A DNA stretch of 64,000 nt from an uncultured delta proteobacterium (GTDB lineage Bacteria; Desulfobacterota; Binatia; UBA9968), in assembly GCA_963760795.1 (NCBI GenBank), contig CAVXEP010000034.1:1-64000 (forward strand), written 5' to 3'. Every line of letters begins with the position of its first letter. Within the stretch, counting starts at the first letter, position 1. Below are positions 61,410 through 64,000 of the stretch, piece after piece. The notes beneath the pieces are model-generated. The model saw nothing but the letters and a program-made list of their open reading frames with translations, had not been told where the DNA came from and did no database searches. Both the position numbers and the translations under genes were made by a program.

Positions 61410-62114
61410 ATGAATCTAGTGAAGGATCTTTGTGCCGAGCTCGACCAAATGGTCAACGACCAGTTCGACAGTGTCGAGTTCAAGGCGTTACTCAACCTGC
61501 CGCTGACCATGGAGCGGGCGCGTTTTTACGTCGTCCAAAACGCTTTATACACAAGCAACCGGCGCGACTGCTGGGGCTACGTTCAAGGCGCTGCGCCTTT
61601 GGACGTGAAACGGGTGATTTGGGAGCATGAGAGCGATGAATTGATCAACGATCCGCGCGCCGGCATGGATCACTACAACCTGACCGTGAAGCAAGGCGAG
61701 GTCATCGGCCTCAAGCGCGAGGATTTTGACAACGCGCAGGTGCCGGCGATGGTGCAGGCGTGCTTTCATGCCTGGCATCATATCGCCATGCGCAGCCACT
61801 GGCTGACGGCGTATACCGCTTCGCATATGCTCGAGCGCCGCAACAACGGTAAGATCGTCAAAGGCGGCGGCATGTCGTTTCGCGTCGGCAAGAAGTTCGA
61901 GAATGAGTTGGGCATCAATCTCAAGCGCATGATCTCAATGGATGTCCATGTCGCTGCCGATATGGAGCACTCCGAAAATATTTCGGAAATGTTCGAGAAA
62001 TATGCGAAGACGCCGGCGGATTGCGAACGCGTGCTCGAAGGCGCTCGCGAGTCGATGGCCATCGACCGGGCTTACCGCGGCGCTCTGGGTTTTTACATGG
62101 AGCGGATCAATTAA
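61410..62114 (+). CDS. Heme-oxygenase-like diiron protein (CADD/PqqC-like), HDO-3
   Basis: GGAGG RBS. WEHESDEL, DH, LERRN, HVAADMEH (H-x3-D-x2-H); paralog of HDO-2. Confidence 0.8.
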   Translation: MNLVKDLCAELDQMVNDQFDSVEFKALLNLPLTMERARFYVVQNALYTSNRRDCWGYVQGAAPLDVKRVIWEHESDELINDPRAGMDHYNLTVKQGEVIGLKREDFDNAQVPAMVQACFHAWHHIAMRSHWLTAYTASHMLERRNNGKIVKGGGMSFRVGKKFENELGINLKRMISMDVHVAADMEHSENISEMFEKYAKTPADCERVLEGARESMAIDRAYRGALGFYMERIN

Positions 62115-62148
62115 TTTTCGGTTGGCGGACTGTTAAGGAGAAGCAACG

Positions 62149-63241
62149 ATGAAGAACCTAAATTTGAACGAAGCTTCGGCATATTCGGTGAAGAGTCCCT
62201 ACGAGATTTATCAAGAGTGGGAAGGGATTCCGGTTCACAAGGGTTTCATCGTGCCGGATTTGTTAGCGTTGGAGTTGGGCGACTGGCAGCGTAGCGGCGG
62301 CAAGGCGGCATTCGTCAATCAAGACGGCGCCGGCGGCATGTGCGACACGGTGGTCGAAGAGATTGCTCGCCGGCGGACAACTTAAACCACAGCGTCATAT
62401 GTACGAAAAGGCGGTTTTTATCCTCCAGGGCCAGGGAGCGACGACGATCTGGAATGAAGGCGGCAAGAAACATACCCTCGAATGGCAAAAGGGCAGTCTG
62501 TTCTCGACGCCGATCAACACCTGGCACCAGCATTTCAACGCCCAGGGGAGCGAGCCGGTGCGGCTGATTTCCCTGACCGATGCGCCGGTGGTGATCAATC
62601 GTTACCGCAATCTCGATTATATATTTAATAACAGCTTCACCTTTACCGATCGTTACGAAGGCGGCGCCGATGCTTGGAGCGGCGCTGGCGGGCGCTATCT
62701 GGGGCCGGAGATCAAGCGCGGCCGGGTGTGGGAGTCGAACTTTATCTCCGATCTATGGGCCTTCGAGCCCAAGGATTACAAAGAGCGCGGCGGCGACAAT
62801 CGCACGACGCTGTTCGAGTTCGTCGATAACACCATGAGCGCTCATGTGTCGGAATTTCCCATCGGCAAATATAAAAAAGCCCATCGCCATGGCGCCGGCG
62901 CGCATATCGTTATGCTCACTGGCTCGGGTTATTCGTTCCTCTGGCCGGAAGGTGAGTATGGCGCCAAGCGGCGCGTCGAGTGGGGTAGAATGAGCATGTT
63001 CACGCCGCCGATGCAGTGGTGGCACCAGCACTTCAATGCCGGTGGCGAACCTGCGCGCTATCTGGCGCTCAAACCCTGGGGCTTCAAATTCAAAGTCGAA
63101 GAATTGAAGGATACCGGCGAGGACGTGAAAAACGGCGGCGCTCAGATCGAATACCAAGATCAGAATCCGGAGATCCATCAAGTGTTTCTCGCCGAGTGTA
63201 AAAAGTCCGGCGCCGAGCCCCGTATGCCGATGTTCGGCTAG
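62149..63241 (+). CDS. Bicupin protein, gentisate-1,2-dioxygenase-like (frameshift near 62365)
   Basis: Two cupin motifs: PQRHMYE..FILQGQG...PINTWHQHFN and KAHRHG..IVMLTGSG...PPMQWWHQHFN. Confidence 0.82.
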
Positions 63242-63381
63242 TGAATTTTCGGCGCGAGAAGTTAGCTAAGGGCAATCGAAGGATTCGTAAAGCGGCGCAC
63301 GCTCTTGGCATTGGTGATATTTTCTCGACAAGTTCAAGCCTGTGTAGTAAAATCCAGTGAAATTCGATTTAGTCGCCACTC

Positions 63382-63769
63382 ATGTTGAAGCATAAATCTC
63401 CCGCCCCATCGGCCTCGTGCCGGCAACGCCGGTTTCACTCTATTGGAACTGCTGGTTGTCATCGCCGTGTTGGGAATTTTAGCGGCCATCGCGATCCAGA
63501 ATTTAGCCACTCATCGGGCGCGTGCCGTCGACGCTTCGATGCGCTCCGATCTGCGCAACGCGGCCTTGGCGATGGAGAGCTATTACGGTGAGTTTCTCGC
63601 CTATCCTACCACCAGTAATGCGCTTTTATTGATAGGTTATCGTAAGACCAATCTTGTCACGCTGACGATTGGTCTGACAACACCGTCGACTTACACATTG
63701 ACGGCCGAACGTCCTGCCGGCAGCAAGCCAAGCTTCACCTTCGACAGCAGCACGGGATTGATCAACTGA
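63382..63769 (+). CDS. Type IV pilin-like protein (start uncertain; likely frameshift in the leader)
   Basis: Prepilin cleavage motif AG|FTLLELLVVIAVLGILAAIAI, then SDLRNAALAMESYY. Confidence 0.85.
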
Positions 63770-64000
63770 TCGGCCCGACCCCTCGACTTCGAGGACTTTC
63801 TTCTCAGACCTTCTCATGGGCCGGCAGCCGGCAAGCGATAGTTTGCCGGCTGCGGTTGAAATGAATTTTTGTGACCGCACAGTTGCGGCGGCGTCACTGC
63901 TCCGCTCTTATTGATTGGCTTGATGCTTTTCGATCGAGAAATTCGCCTTAAGCCGCACGGTCATCGCCGTGCTGTACGGTCGGTCTCGATGCCGTTACTT

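Noticed and set aside
3772-63769. Programmed frameshifting or mass pseudogenisation in more than a dozen split genes
   Set aside because: Indels hit unrelated housekeeping genes (gcvT, gcvH, gcvPB) with no shared slippery motif and both halves stay intact; best explained as long-read consensus error.

Overview
GC-rich bacterial chromosomal segment with about 60 protein genes and no rRNA, tRNA, CRISPR array or transposase that I can support. The gene content (many SsuA/THI5-like binding proteins, amidohydrolase, LLM, cupin, LigAB) resembles Candidatus Binatia or related uncultured Deltaproteobacteria; this is inference only. Many genes, including housekeeping gcvT, gcvH and gcvPB, carry single-base indels, so most frameshifts are probably long-read consensus errors. 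In order: aromatic-catabolism cluster (hydrolase-ligA-ligB-LLM), folD-gcvTHPaPb, tonB/tatA, ECF sigma/anti-sigma, a sulfur-relay operon (moeB, deleted thrC, capped MoaD/CysO, cysM, NIL), ilvA, VIT1, alkaline phosphatase, pcs, GST, M28 peptidase, fba, fused otsAB, yajQ-msrB, a decaheme MtrC/OmcA-like cytochrome, a Rcp1/PAS-kinase/hybrid-kinase/FIST signalling block, a VWA protein and a pilin. Highlights: (1) an unannotated UGA-containing glutaredoxin (UxxC plus SECIS-like hairpin, 24684-24917) missing from the ORF track; (2) a 10-kb co-oriented cluster with three heme-oxygenase-like diiron (HDO/CADD-type) proteins, an orphan His-rich EutA-like ATPase, a bicupin, a DapA-family aldolase and three binding-protein folds; (3) an orphan decaheme cytochrome; (4) a degenerate duplication of the fba 3' end and terminator bracketing the 3.2-kb otsAB block; (5) twin Rrf2-like operators in the sulfur operon.
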